A DNA stretch of 64,000 nt. It comes from a virus. The first letter of the stretch is position 1; every line of letters starts with the position of its first letter. Under the pieces are notes generated by a model that worked only from the letters and a program-made list of their open reading frames with translations, did not search any database and was not told where the DNA came from. Location: IMG/VR virus record IMGVR_UViG_3300020420_000009, positions 1 to 64,000 of that record, one strand, 5' to 3'. The translations under genes and the position numbers were made by a program. Of the stretch, positions 9,298 to 20,100 are shown one piece after another.

Positions 9298-9740
9298 TTT
9301 TTCTTTTTTGGGACTAAATGGTCTTCTGTTAAAATACGAAATCCCATTTTTCGGTCTTTACAGAACTCTTCAGCTGCCTCAAATTTTGCTTGGTTAATTA
9401 TATATGTCAAAACTTTCTGTTTAAACTTCCTAGTCTGTCGTTTTGGCACAGGTGGAGGCTTACATTGAGACTTTGGTTTAACCTCAATGATTTCTCTTAT
9501 TGCTTGACCCTTAGAATTTACATATTTTATGTAAAAATCGGGGAAATACCTATGAATTTTCTTATCAAGAGGCGATTTGTAAGGAATTATGATTTCTTCA
9601 CTTCCCCATTCAACAATACTAGGGTTATTATCACAGTAAACCATGAATCTTCTCTCCCACAAAGACCTATAATAGATTTTTGTAGGGTCTCCCTTGTATT
9701 TTTTGTAATTCTTCGGTTTAAACTTACCACTGTATGACAT
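9294..9740 (-). CDS. gp4: gp4-like head completion nuclease
   Basis: YSGKFKPKNYKKYKGDP, YRSLWE, HRYFPDF and IEVKP. Confidence 0.93.
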   Translation of the reverse strand: MSYSGKFKPKNYKKYKGDPTKIYYRSLWERRFMVYCDNNPSIVEWGSEEIIIPYKSPLDKKIHRYFPDFYIKYVNSKGQAIREIIEVKPKSQCKPPPVPKRQTRKFKQKVLTYIINQAKFEAAEEFCKDRKMGFRILTEDHLVPKKKK

Positions 9741-9777
9741 AAATAGAATTAAAGACCTTTATTTTAGGATATTTATA
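9738..9777. promoter_or_regulatory. Divergent late promoters for the gp4 and gp48 operons
   Basis: CATAAATA on + at 9738-9745 and TATAAATA on - at 9770-9777. Confidence 0.6.
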
Positions 9778-10898
9778 TGCCAAATATTAATAAGTTATTA
9801 AACAAAGTAAACCAAGCCACTCAAGCAATTAAATCAGTCAAGGGAATCAAATCTAAGATTGAAAGTATAGGATATAAGGGTGGAGTCAATACAGAAGAAG
9901 TAGACCAACTACAATCTATTGCAGAAGACAACAGAAGAAAATTAGAAGAGAGAGCAAACCTACTCCAATCACAATTATCATCAGTAAATTCAGGTAAAAA
10001 GAAAACTAAAAAACCACCACCAAAGCCAGACGAGGATTTACAATATCCACTTGATTTAGAAGGTGATAATTATATTGTTTTTACAATGAGAGCAAGAAAA
10101 TCTAGGGGTGGTGATTCAGAAGGTGGTGGAAATTATTTTTCTGATGCAGAACAACTGACACATATTGCACTTTACATTCCTGATGACATTACACAAGCTA
10201 GTGCAGTATCATATAAAGAAGAAGGTGTGGGTTCTTTCCAAAGGGGAATGTCTGATATAAGTAATGCTGAGTTTGGAGGTGGTGCAAAAGTAGATGCAAC
10301 AATAGACACTATCAAAAATGTTGTTGGTGAAATAGGAAATAAAATTATGGGTGGTCTTGGAGGTAGTGCTAGAAACCTCAAACAAGGTATGGCTGTAAAT
10401 CCAATGCAAGAACAAATGTTAGAGGGAGTTGCTTTCAGAGAACATACTTTTGCATATGACTTTTATCCAAAGTCAGAAGAAGAAGCAAAAGTTGTTATGA
10501 ATATAATCAGAACATTTAGACTTGCTTCTCTCCCTGATACATTTGCTTCTTTCGAAGGTGATTCACCTAACGAAAACTTCTTTAATTATCCTAATGTTTT
10601 TGATGTCACTTTAGAAGGCCCTATTGCAGCTCAAGTAGAAGGGTTCTTACCTATGGTTTTAAAAGACATAACTGTAGATACATTCGGAGGAAACTCCAAA
10701 GGATTGATTGCTCAAGAAGAAGAGGGTTCAGGTGATTTAGTTGCATATTATCCAGCTCATAGTAGTATGTCTTTAACCTTCACAGAGATTAGAATATTAA
10801 CTCAAGAAACTTATGATACACATGTTGGTGCAAGGTCTCTTGCTGGTGACTTGACAGGTGGTTCACCAAGTATCTTAGATAATAATACAGGAGGATAA
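9777..10898 (+). CDS. gp48: gp48-like baseplate tail-tube cap
   Basis: LQYPLD, IALYIP, NPMQEQMLEGVAFREHTFAYDFYPKSEEEA, LTFTE. Confidence 0.85.
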   Translation: MPNINKLLNKVNQATQAIKSVKGIKSKIESIGYKGGVNTEEVDQLQSIAEDNRRKLEERANLLQSQLSSVNSGKKKTKKPPPKPDEDLQYPLDLEGDNYIVFTMRARKSRGGDSEGGGNYFSDAEQLTHIALYIPDDITQASAVSYKEEGVGSFQRGMSDISNAEFGGGAKVDATIDTIKNVVGEIGNKIMGGLGGSARNLKQGMAVNPMQEQMLEGVAFREHTFAYDFYPKSEEEAKVVMNIIRTFRLASLPDTFASFEGDSPNENFFNYPNVFDVTLEGPIAAQVEGFLPMVLKDITVDTFGGNSKGLIAQEEEGSGDLVAYYPAHSSMSLTFTEIRILTQETYDTHVGARSLAGDLTGGSPSILDNNTGG

Positions 10899-10899
10899 T

Positions 10900-11643
10900 A
10901 TGGCACAAGAATATTTTAAAAATTTTCCTGAAATGCAATATACCTTATCAGACGGTAAGATTATTACTATTAAAGATTTTTTTAGAAAATCAAAAATAGA
11001 ACAAGAGGCAGTCACAGGGTTAATCGATTATACTCTATATGAATTGCAAGAGGGTGATAGACCCGATACTGTTGCAACAAGGTTATACGGTCAAGGTGAT
11101 TTACACTGGACATTCTATCTTGTAAATGATTTTGATAATTATTTTGACTGGTTTAAAAGTAGTTTAGAGTTTGAAACATATATGGGTAAAAAATATGAAG
11201 GAGTGTATTGTATTGCACCAAACTCTACAGATTTAGTAAACTATTCAAGTGGAGTATCCTATAAGTTTTTATTGGGTGAAACAGTCACGACTTCTGATTC
11301 AGAAGGAATTGTGACAGAGGTTGACCCCCTACATAAAAGATTGGGAATCAAAGTATTAAAAGGAGACTTTCAAACAGGTGTTGTGTCTTCTGCACAATCA
11401 GTAAAAGATACTTCAAATAATCCCATGTCATTTACTCCAACCTCTACAATAGATAAGAAGGACGGAGTTTGTTATTATTATAAAGACGATATAAAGAAAA
11501 ATCAATTTGAGAATGGATACACTGCAAAATCTTTTTATGAGGAAGAATGGGAAAAGAATGAAGAGAAAAGAAAAATAAAAATAATCAAACCTTCTAGAAT
11601 TGGAAAAATTGTATCAGAGTTTGAGCGTGTAATGAAATCATGA
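10900..11643 (+). CDS. gp53: gp53-like baseplate wedge subunit
   Basis: YFKNFP, GDRPDTVATRLYG and NEEKRKIKIIKP. Confidence 0.9.
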   Translation: MAQEYFKNFPEMQYTLSDGKIITIKDFFRKSKIEQEAVTGLIDYTLYELQEGDRPDTVATRLYGQGDLHWTFYLVNDFDNYFDWFKSSLEFETYMGKKYEGVYCIAPNSTDLVNYSSGVSYKFLLGETVTTSDSEGIVTEVDPLHKRLGIKVLKGDFQTGVVSSAQSVKDTSNNPMSFTPTSTIDKKDGVCYYYKDDIKKNQFENGYTAKSFYEEEWEKNEEKRKIKIIKPSRIGKIVSEFERVMKS

Positions 11644-13091
11644 GTGGAAACTATGCAGCGGGTGAATTCTTTATAGATTCATTCACCCTAGTAAATCAAT
11701 ATAACGAATCAATTGACCTCCAGCAAATGGTGAGTAATTTTCAATTGTATGAATCCATATACAATAAATTTGTCACAGGTGAAGTTCATGTTATGGACGG
11801 TTTAAATGTTTTAAAAAACTTTAGAATGACTGGTCAAGAGTTTATAAGAATATCAATCAAACAAAAAGAAGGAACTGATGAAAAGTCAGAAGACCAATTT
11901 TCTATAGATAAAACTTTTAGAGTTTATAAGATAGATAACATTCAGAGACCTCAAGAATTAACACAAACTTTTGTTATGAGAATATGTGACCCTAAAATGT
12001 TTACTGTTCGAAGACAAAGAATAAGTCAAACCCTAAGAGGAAGATACGACCAAATATTACAAAATGTTTTGATAGACTTAGGTAAGTTTAGAATTGGAGA
12101 GTTTGACGCATGGGAACAAACTGTTCCTGAAAACAAACAATTTATTTGTCCTAACTGGACTATATCAGAGTTAATGGATTACATAGTTAACAATTCACAA
12201 ACAGGTGAAACTGGTGCATATAAAAATGGTATGTTCTTTTTTCAAACATTGAATGGTGGATTTAGATTTCAAAGCTTTGACCAAATGTGTAAGTTAGAGT
12301 TTCCAATAGAATTCAATGATAGACCAAAAAATGTGACCGTAGGTAATGAGGAAGAAAATATAAATGCACCTGACGGATTAAACACTACAATTATACATTA
12401 TGAAAAACCACAATTATTTGACACATTACAAGGGACAGTTGGTGGTGCATATGCTTCAACATTAAAGGTATATGACCCAGTAAGAAAATTAGAAGAGGAA
12501 GAGTTATACGATTTAGAGTCAACAATGAATAAGGGTAATCATGTATCGGGTGGGAATCCAATGTTGTATGTGGACGATTATGAAAGAGTATTACAACCAG
12601 GCCTTATAGTTGACCCCGAAGTTTCACCGACCATAGACGAAATATCTGTAGAACTACAACCTACTAAAGAACCTAATACATTAATAATAAACGACTATCA
12701 TTCTATCCACCCTTTTGATAATGCAACAAGTCTAACAGACCCCGAGGTTTTTGAAGCAAGAAAATTAAAAGACAGTGGTATATTACAAAGAAGAGCATTA
12801 TTAGAAATACTACAACAACATAGAATAGTTGTGACAATACCCCTAAGAACAGATTTATCAGCAGGTTTAATTATAAAACTAAATATCAAGTCACCTGAAT
12901 TAGCAGGAGACGGTGTGATAGAAGATAAAGTAAACGACAATAGATATCTGATAACAGACTTGTCTATAACAGCTGACCCTTTAACAAAAAGAGGTGTTTG
13001 TCATTTAGAATGTGTAAAAGAAAGTTATGCAACAAAAATTGAAACCTTTGAACCCCTTACACAATCACCTTCAGCTGAGGATATAAGTTAA
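11640..13091 (+). CDS. Baseplate hub protein (gp27-like)
   Basis: Lies between gp53 and gp5; LYESIYNKFVTG, FICPNW, FFFQTLNGGFRF. Confidence 0.7.
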   Translation: MSGNYAAGEFFIDSFTLVNQYNESIDLQQMVSNFQLYESIYNKFVTGEVHVMDGLNVLKNFRMTGQEFIRISIKQKEGTDEKSEDQFSIDKTFRVYKIDNIQRPQELTQTFVMRICDPKMFTVRRQRISQTLRGRYDQILQNVLIDLGKFRIGEFDAWEQTVPENKQFICPNWTISELMDYIVNNSQTGETGAYKNGMFFFQTLNGGFRFQSFDQMCKLEFPIEFNDRPKNVTVGNEEENINAPDGLNTTIIHYEKPQLFDTLQGTVGGAYASTLKVYDPVRKLEEEELYDLESTMNKGNHVSGGNPMLYVDDYERVLQPGLIVDPEVSPTIDEISVELQPTKEPNTLIINDYHSIHPFDNATSLTDPEVFEARKLKDSGILQRRALLEILQQHRIVVTIPLRTDLSAGLIIKLNIKSPELAGDGVIEDKVNDNRYLITDLSITADPLTKRGVCHLECVKESYATKIETFEPLTQSPSAEDIS

Positions 13092-14266
13092 TGGAATATT
13101 TTTACGGAGTAGTCGAAGATAGACAAGACCCATTAAAGATTGGAAGAGTTCGTGTTCGTATACATGGTATTCATACAGACGAAAAGATTCTAATTGCAAC
13201 ACCCGATTTACCATGGTGTCAAGTTATATTACCTACAACCTCTGCTGGTCTTTCGGGATTAGGAACAGGTCATGGACTCGTAGAAGGGTCTACGGTATTT
13301 GGATATTTTAGAGACAAAGCAAAACAAGACCCAATAGTATTAGGAGTATCAGCAGGTATCCCACAAGCAGGATATAAAGAATCTATAACAGACGAACTTA
13401 TTACTAGGTCAGTAGAGAAAGGATTCAATGACCCAAGACAATTAACAGTTGCAGATTATGACGATACACCTGACGGCCCAAACCCAGTTCAAGATTCTAG
13501 AAGAGGTTTCGGTCTTTCTACTGCAATGGATACTGCACCAAAGACACCAAAGTCTATAACTGTAAATTATGATGCAACAGGTTCTACAATAGAAGAACTT
13601 ACACTTACAAAAGAAATGTTGCCTTACTATCCTTTGTATACAGACGATTCAGATTACTCAACCCTTGCAAGAGGTTCAGTGTTAGACCACAAAGTATCTG
13701 ATAAGGTGACTGGATTTTTAGATTCTGTAGCTGCACCTGTGTATCCATATAATAAAGTTTATCAATCAGAATCAGGTCATGTATTTCAAGTAGACGATAC
13801 ACCAACAAAAGAAAGAATAGATTTACACCATAGGTCAGGAACATTTCATGAGATTCACCCTGACGGCTCACAAGTTTCTAGAATTGTAAACGACAAGTAT
13901 GAGATAGTTGCAAAAGACGATAAAGTTTTTATAGCTGGAAATGCAGACTTAACAGTAGAAAAAGGTAATGTGACTATCAATGTAAATACAGGAAATGTAA
14001 TTGCAAATGTCATGAAAGGAACAACAGATATAACTTCGGAAGGAAAGATAACAATAACAGGTAAAAATACAACAGAGATTATCTCAGATACAACAGTCAA
14101 AGGAACATTACATGTGACTGGAGCTCAAACAAATGATTCAACGATTCATGCGAAAGGAGATATTTCAACTGACGCTGGAAATGCACCAACACTTGCAACA
14201 CACAAACACAAAACTAAGTTAGTTAAGTCAGGAACTTCTACAAAGACTTCTGAAAAAGGTGAATAG
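13091..14266 (+). CDS. gp5: gp5-like baseplate spike (OB fold plus beta-helix, no lysozyme domain)
   Basis: FYGVVEDRQDPLKIGRVRVR, YPYNKVYQSESGH, HRSGTFHEIHPDG and a terminal HKH metal motif. Confidence 0.9.
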   Translation: MEYFYGVVEDRQDPLKIGRVRVRIHGIHTDEKILIATPDLPWCQVILPTTSAGLSGLGTGHGLVEGSTVFGYFRDKAKQDPIVLGVSAGIPQAGYKESITDELITRSVEKGFNDPRQLTVADYDDTPDGPNPVQDSRRGFGLSTAMDTAPKTPKSITVNYDATGSTIEELTLTKEMLPYYPLYTDDSDYSTLARGSVLDHKVSDKVTGFLDSVAAPVYPYNKVYQSESGHVFQVDDTPTKERIDLHHRSGTFHEIHPDGSQVSRIVNDKYEIVAKDDKVFIAGNADLTVEKGNVTINVNTGNVIANVMKGTTDITSEGKITITGKNTTEIISDTTVKGTLHVTGAQTNDSTIHAKGDISTDAGNAPTLATHKHKTKLVKSGTSTKTSEKGE

Positions 14267-14270
14267 GTTG

Positions 14271-14278
14271 TATAAATA
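14271..14278 (+). promoter_or_regulatory. T4-type late promoter
   Basis: TATAAATA just before gp25. Confidence 0.75.
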
Positions 14279-14283
14279 GTATT

Positions 14284-14700
14284 ATGGTCGACTATGTAGT
14301 TAATAAAAGTAAGAATGTTGCAATCAAGGAAGCATACAAAGACCTTGATATAAATTTCTTGGCACACCCCATTACTGGTGATGTCACGACTAAGACAGAT
14401 TCAGACGCAGTTAAAAGAGCAGTAAAAAATATTGTTCTTACTAACTATTATGAAAGACCTTTCAAACCAAGTTTAGGTGGAAACATTCGAGGTTTACTTT
14501 TCGAATTAGATACCGATAGAAAATTAAATAGAGCAAGGAAAAGACTTGCAGAAACAATTTCAGATTTGGAACCAAGAGTCGAAAATGTCAGATGTAAATT
14601 TGATACTTCGGGTAATAGTCTCAATGTTGTTATCTTTTATAACATTAAAAATGGTATAACAGGACAAGAAGTTGAATTCAATATAACAAGGGCACGATAA
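14284..14700 (+). CDS. gp25: gp25-like baseplate wedge subunit
   Basis: YKDLDINF, AVKRAVKNIVLTNYYERPFKP, EPRV. Confidence 0.93.
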   Translation: MVDYVVNKSKNVAIKEAYKDLDINFLAHPITGDVTTKTDSDAVKRAVKNIVLTNYYERPFKPSLGGNIRGLLFELDTDRKLNRARKRLAETISDLEPRVENVRCKFDTSGNSLNVVIFYNIKNGITGQEVEFNITRAR

Positions 14701-16574
14701 TGGCAGTAAACAGTTCACAAATAAATGTCACAGATTTAGACTTTGACAATATATCAGATAACCTTAAGAACTATCTTAAAGGACAAGAAATTTTTAAAGA
14801 CTATAATTTTGAAGGTGCAACACTTTCAATTCTTATAGACTTACTTGCATATGCTTCACACATAGGTGCAGTCAATACAAACATAGCAGCTTCAGAGTTG
14901 TTCTTAGATTCAGCACAAATAAGAAAGAATGTTGTGTCCCGTGCAAAGGATTTAGGATTTACTCCAGCTTCTGAAACAGCTTCTTCTGCAAATATGACTA
15001 TGGTCGTAAATAATGTAAGAAGTGCAGACGGTTCAGTTCCTTCTATAACTTCTATGATTATGCCTAGAGGAACTATCTTTAGAACAAATTATGAAGGAAG
15101 TAATTATGAGTTTGTCACTGCAAGTTCATATACACCAACCGTAGATTCAAATAAGTTTACATATTCAAATGTAGAATTAGTTCAAGGAACTTATTCTCAA
15201 GACCAATTTATAAATGATAATCAAATCAAGAATGCAAAATATGTTTTATCAAATTCAAGAGTAGATAAAAACAGAATGACTGTCACTGTTAATTCAGGTG
15301 GAACAAGTTCTTCATATGCATTGTCTACAGATATATCAACAATTACAACTACCTCAAAAGTTTATTACACTCAAGAAAATGAAGACGGATATTTAGAAAT
15401 ATATTTTGGTGACGGAACACTTGGTGCAAAACTATTAGACGGAGATATAATAACAGTTGACTATGTTATAGTTGACGATACTCACGCTGACGGTGCAAAT
15501 AGATTTACTCAAGTATCTGCAATCAACGGATTCTCTGATTCTTCAATTGTAGTATCTGCAAATGCTTCAGGTGGTGCAGAAAAAGAAAGTATGGAATCAA
15601 TCAAATTCAAAGCAACAAAATTCTATACTTCACAAAATAGATTAGTCACATTAAATGACTACAAAGCAAAAGTTCAAGAATACTATCCGAATGCAGATGC
15701 AGTTGCAGTGTGGGGTGGAGAAGATAACAACCCACCTCAATATGGTAAAGTATTCATTGCATTAAAACCACAAAATGCAGACTACTTATCAGAGACAGAA
15801 AAAAGTTCTGTTTTAAGTAATCTAAATAAATTAAATATGTTGACAGTTCGTCCACAAATAGTAGACGCAGATATTGTAAAGATATTAATATCCTCAACAT
15901 TCAAATACAATCCAAGTTTAACCACATTGACAGGTGGTGAACTTGAAACATTGGTAAAAAATACTATTGTGAAGTTCGATACAGACAATCTAAATGGGTT
16001 CGATGCAATCTTTAGACATTCGAATCTAACTAAAACTATTGACGAATCAGATAGTTCTATTTTATCAAACACAACAAACATACGATTGAAGAAAAAATTA
16101 AAACCAACCATTTCTTCAAACGCAAAAGGTTATACAGTTTCTTTAGGTAATGCATTATACAATCCACATTCAGGACACAATACTGAAAGTGGTGGTATTA
16201 CCCAAACAACAGGCTTTTATGTCCAAGGAGACTCCGTCAATATAAATTATTTTGACGATGACGGTAAAGGTGTCTTAAGAAGATACTACTTATCAGGGTC
16301 GACTAGGATTTATCAGGATAGTGCAGCTGGAACAGTAGATTATTCCACTGGACTAATTACTATCAATGCTATCACTTTAACCTCTACGGTTAATACTGAT
16401 ACTTCGATAGACTTCACAGTTATACCTTCGGGTCTAGATGTTGTTGCAGAGAGAGGCAATCTAATTGACATCTCTGTTGACGATATTAAAACAACTGGTG
16501 AAGTAGACACCATTGCAAGTGGTGAATCGAGTGCTGGTGTAGGTTTTAATACAACCTCTACCAGTTCATATTAA
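14700..16574 (+). CDS. gp6: gp6-like baseplate wedge subunit
   Basis: LDFDNISDNLKNYL, DYNFEG, ELFLDSA, SQNRLVTLNDY, WGGEDNNPPQYGKVFI. Confidence 0.93.
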   Translation: MAVNSSQINVTDLDFDNISDNLKNYLKGQEIFKDYNFEGATLSILIDLLAYASHIGAVNTNIAASELFLDSAQIRKNVVSRAKDLGFTPASETASSANMTMVVNNVRSADGSVPSITSMIMPRGTIFRTNYEGSNYEFVTASSYTPTVDSNKFTYSNVELVQGTYSQDQFINDNQIKNAKYVLSNSRVDKNRMTVTVNSGGTSSSYALSTDISTITTTSKVYYTQENEDGYLEIYFGDGTLGAKLLDGDIITVDYVIVDDTHADGANRFTQVSAINGFSDSSIVVSANASGGAEKESMESIKFKATKFYTSQNRLVTLNDYKAKVQEYYPNADAVAVWGGEDNNPPQYGKVFIALKPQNADYLSETEKSSVLSNLNKLNMLTVRPQIVDADIVKILISSTFKYNPSLTTLTGGELETLVKNTIVKFDTDNLNGFDAIFRHSNLTKTIDESDSSILSNTTNIRLKKKLKPTISSNAKGYTVSLGNALYNPHSGHNTESGGITQTTGFYVQGDSVNINYFDDDGKGVLRRYYLSGSTRIYQDSAAGTVDYSTGLITINAITLTSTVNTDTSIDFTVIPSGLDVVAERGNLIDISVDDIKTTGEVDTIASGESSAGVGFNTTSTSSY

Positions 16575-16645
16575 TAAAATGTATAAAGTGGTCGGGAGTC
16601 CCCCGAGTAGTTTCCCATTCAATTGGATTATAGGAGGAAAAGAGA

Positions 16646-17113
16646 ATGGCAGATAAGAAAATAACGGCTTTGACCGTAATGAATAAGTCAGAAGTTGGTG
16701 CAGCCGACATTCTGCATGTTGTAGACGACCCAAGTGGGTCACCTGTAAATAAAAGACTTGCAATTTCAAGTCTTTTCGAAGCAATTCCAACTCACTTGGC
16801 AATTAACGATGTTAATGTCGTGACTGCAAACGGTTCGATTGCAGACGGTGGTATTATTGCAGCTGACGCTGATTCAGTATCAGCAGACCTTGCATTATCA
16901 TTACCTGATTCAAGTGATACAGGCGAAATAAAAATCGTTGTTGCTTCAACAGAACCAGCAGGTTCACATAATGTTGTTATAACACCTACAACTTTAGCAG
17001 GTCACTCAACTATTACATTGAGCACAATTGGTGAATCAGTGGTATTAGTATGGGCAGGCTCTTCTAACGGTGGATGGCATATTCTTGCTAACAACGGAGC
17101 AGTAATTGCTTAA
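16646..17113 (+). CDS. Small virion structural protein with an N-terminal ADKKITAL motif
   Basis: Strong AGGAGG RBS; beta-rich C-terminus (ESVVLVW...GWHIL); inserted between gp6 and gp7. Confidence 0.65.
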   Translation: MADKKITALTVMNKSEVGAADILHVVDDPSGSPVNKRLAISSLFEAIPTHLAINDVNVVTANGSIADGGIIAADADSVSADLALSLPDSSDTGEIKIVVASTEPAGSHNVVITPTTLAGHSTITLSTIGESVVLVWAGSSNGGWHILANNGAVIA

Positions 17114-17119
17114 TAAGAT

Positions 17120-20100
17120 ATGGCAAAGAACTTTGAGATAGACAGGTTAACGGATAGATTACCAAATCTATTACCCGACTTCGTCATGGACGAAGCACCA
17201 GTCTTTGAGCAGTTCTTAAAAGCATACTTCGAATTCCTTGAGACAGAGATATTAACTCTCTCGTCTCAAGGTGATTTGGACGAAATTTTATTAGAAGACG
17301 GACAAGGTTTTCTATTAGTAGAAGAAAAGACTGTAGAACCAACTCCCGATGTATCGACATCGAGACTTCTACATGAACAAGCAAAAACTCCTTTTGAAGT
17401 AGGAGATTATATTGTAGGTTCAAAGACTGGTTCAGTCGCAGAAATTAAAATAATAAATGGTAATACATTTTATATTGAAACCATATCAGGAAATGGTTTT
17501 GATAGTGGAGAAACAGTCTCCAAAAGATATAGAAGAGACTTAGGAGAAGAAACACAAACAGGTGTAGTCTCTACTTACAAACACAATACAATCCTTGCAA
17601 ACAATCAATTATTAAATTATTCTGATGTCGATAATACAACAGAAGAGTTTTTAGATTATTTCCAAAAAGATTTTATTCCGTCACTAGACATTGACGATAC
17701 AAAAGACGCAAGGTTAACAATCAAGAACATAGGTGACTTATACCAAAAGAAAGGAACAGCTGAGTCACTACAATTTTTATTAAGAGTTTTATTTGGTCAA
17801 GACGCAGAGATTACATATCCGATAGACCAAACTATATTTGCTTCAGAGTCAGATTACAGTGACAAGAGAAGACTTACAGTTGTAATGGATAATGTAAACA
17901 CCCTACCCTCTGCAACAGATAAAATAATTCAATATCAAGACGATGGAGTCACAACTCTTGCTGAAGCAATTGTTGAAAATATATTTGAAATAAATGCTGT
18001 TAATGGACAATACTCATTAGAAATATCTAATAATCATTTTGGAACATTTGAAGAAGAGAGACCATGCAATCTAGTTGATAGAGATGGAGTCACAACAGTA
18101 AGTGCAAGAGTTAAAGGTATATTAAGTGATATACTTGAAACAGAATCTTCTATATACATGGCACAGGAAGATAATGATAGTATATTATTAGAACCACCAG
18201 CACTTTCAGGTAATATAACAGTCACAACCAGTTCTACTGCACTTGTAGGTGCAAGTTCAAAATTCTTAAGAGAACTTTCAGTTGGTGATGTGATATCTTA
18301 CAAGGTTGGAAGCACAACTTATACAGATACTATTGCAAGTATAACTGATGATAATAATGCAGTCTTAACTGCAAGTGGTAGTGCAGCTGCAAGTAATGTC
18401 ACCTACTATAATAATTCAATATCAGGAGGACTGTTATTAGAAGAACAATCTTTCGGTTCTATGTATTCTCTTAATGACCCACTATTCTTTGAAGGTGGTA
18501 AAGGAGATAGGAATGAACTAAATGCAAAAGGTGTTATTGACGGTCTTAAGAAAGGTGGTGTAGAAAAAATATACATTGAAGACGGTGGAACAGGATATAA
18601 CGGAGGTGATATTCTTGTTTTTGATAATTCAGGTGCAGACGGAAACGCTGCAGAGGGTGTTATTGGTGCAATAGAAGATGTTGTTATACTAGAAAATAGA
18701 ACAGATATAGGACAGTTTGAAATAACTGCAACAGCAGGTCAAACAATTTTCAATGGCATAGACAATAACGGTAAAAGAATATTCTTCAATGATAATAGTG
18801 TAAGAGTATTTGTAAACGGTGTAGAGAAAACACCTTATACTGATTACACATTCAAAAATGATAGAGTCACATTTACAAGTGGACAAACATCAGGTCACCT
18901 AATAGAAATATACACAGACTTTAACCACCTATTAATGGAAGACGGAGATAGAATACAATTATCTACTACAGATTCTAAAATTAGAAACACAACAATAACA
19001 TCGCCAGGAACAGGTTATACAAAATTACCTCAAGTATTTCCAGGCGGATACATTTACTTAAGTGACCTATCAGGTTATTCAGTAGGTGAGGTAGTGACTG
19101 GTGGAACTTCAAGTGCAACAGCAGTTGTAGTTAGAAAAGAAGAAAAAGACGGTAAGAAAAGATTAGTAGTAAAAAGAAGGTCAACAGACTCAAATCAATT
19201 TACAACAGCAGGTGAACTTATAACTGGTGGAACAAGTGGGACTGCAAGAACAGCTGACTTAATTAAGGTATCTAGTGGAACAGGTGCAAAACTTTTTGCA
19301 TATTCAGACGAGATTGGTGGTGTAGGACATATAAATGTAAAAGACCAAGGATTCAATTTCAAAGAGAATCCAGCATTGTCTAGTTTATCACATTACAAAG
19401 CTTTGATTACCGCTCCTACTGCTTCACTTACAGCAGATTTAACATTTACAGGAAGGATAACAGGTTCAACAGGTAAAGTAATTTCTTTTGACCCTAATAC
19501 TCAAGTATTAACATTTACAAATCTAGACGGACACTTCTTAGATAATGAGCAAGTATTATTCAATAGTGTAGATACATTTAAAGTTTTAAAATTCAATCCT
19601 TATCAAGCAAGAGGTAAATTAGGTGGTGAGGGTATTATTGAAAGACAACTATTGACAGACAAAGGAACAATAGATTCTTCTGCTGTAAATGTCCAAGACG
19701 GTTTTGTATATCAATCACATTCATATATTGTTAAGGTTGGAGAATCCATTAACAAATGGAGGTCTGTAGTTAAAGACCTTGTTCACCCTTCGGGTCATAT
19801 ATTCTTTGGTGAGGTTGCAATTAAACAATTCGTAAACCCATTTGATTCAATTATACTTGATAGTGGAGAACCTAGAAACGAAGTAGGAATTGAAACAGAA
19901 ACAAGGTTTAATTTTATACCAACTATAATAATGCAAGCCTTCCCAACATATCATTTTGATTTAGAAGGTGCTGATTCACTTTACAGAGATGACGAATCTA
20001 ATATTATTATGGAAGACGGATTCCATTTAATACTAGAAGAAGCTCCTGATATAAATGCAATCACAGAGTTCCTCACAACATTAATGTTATATACAAATGC

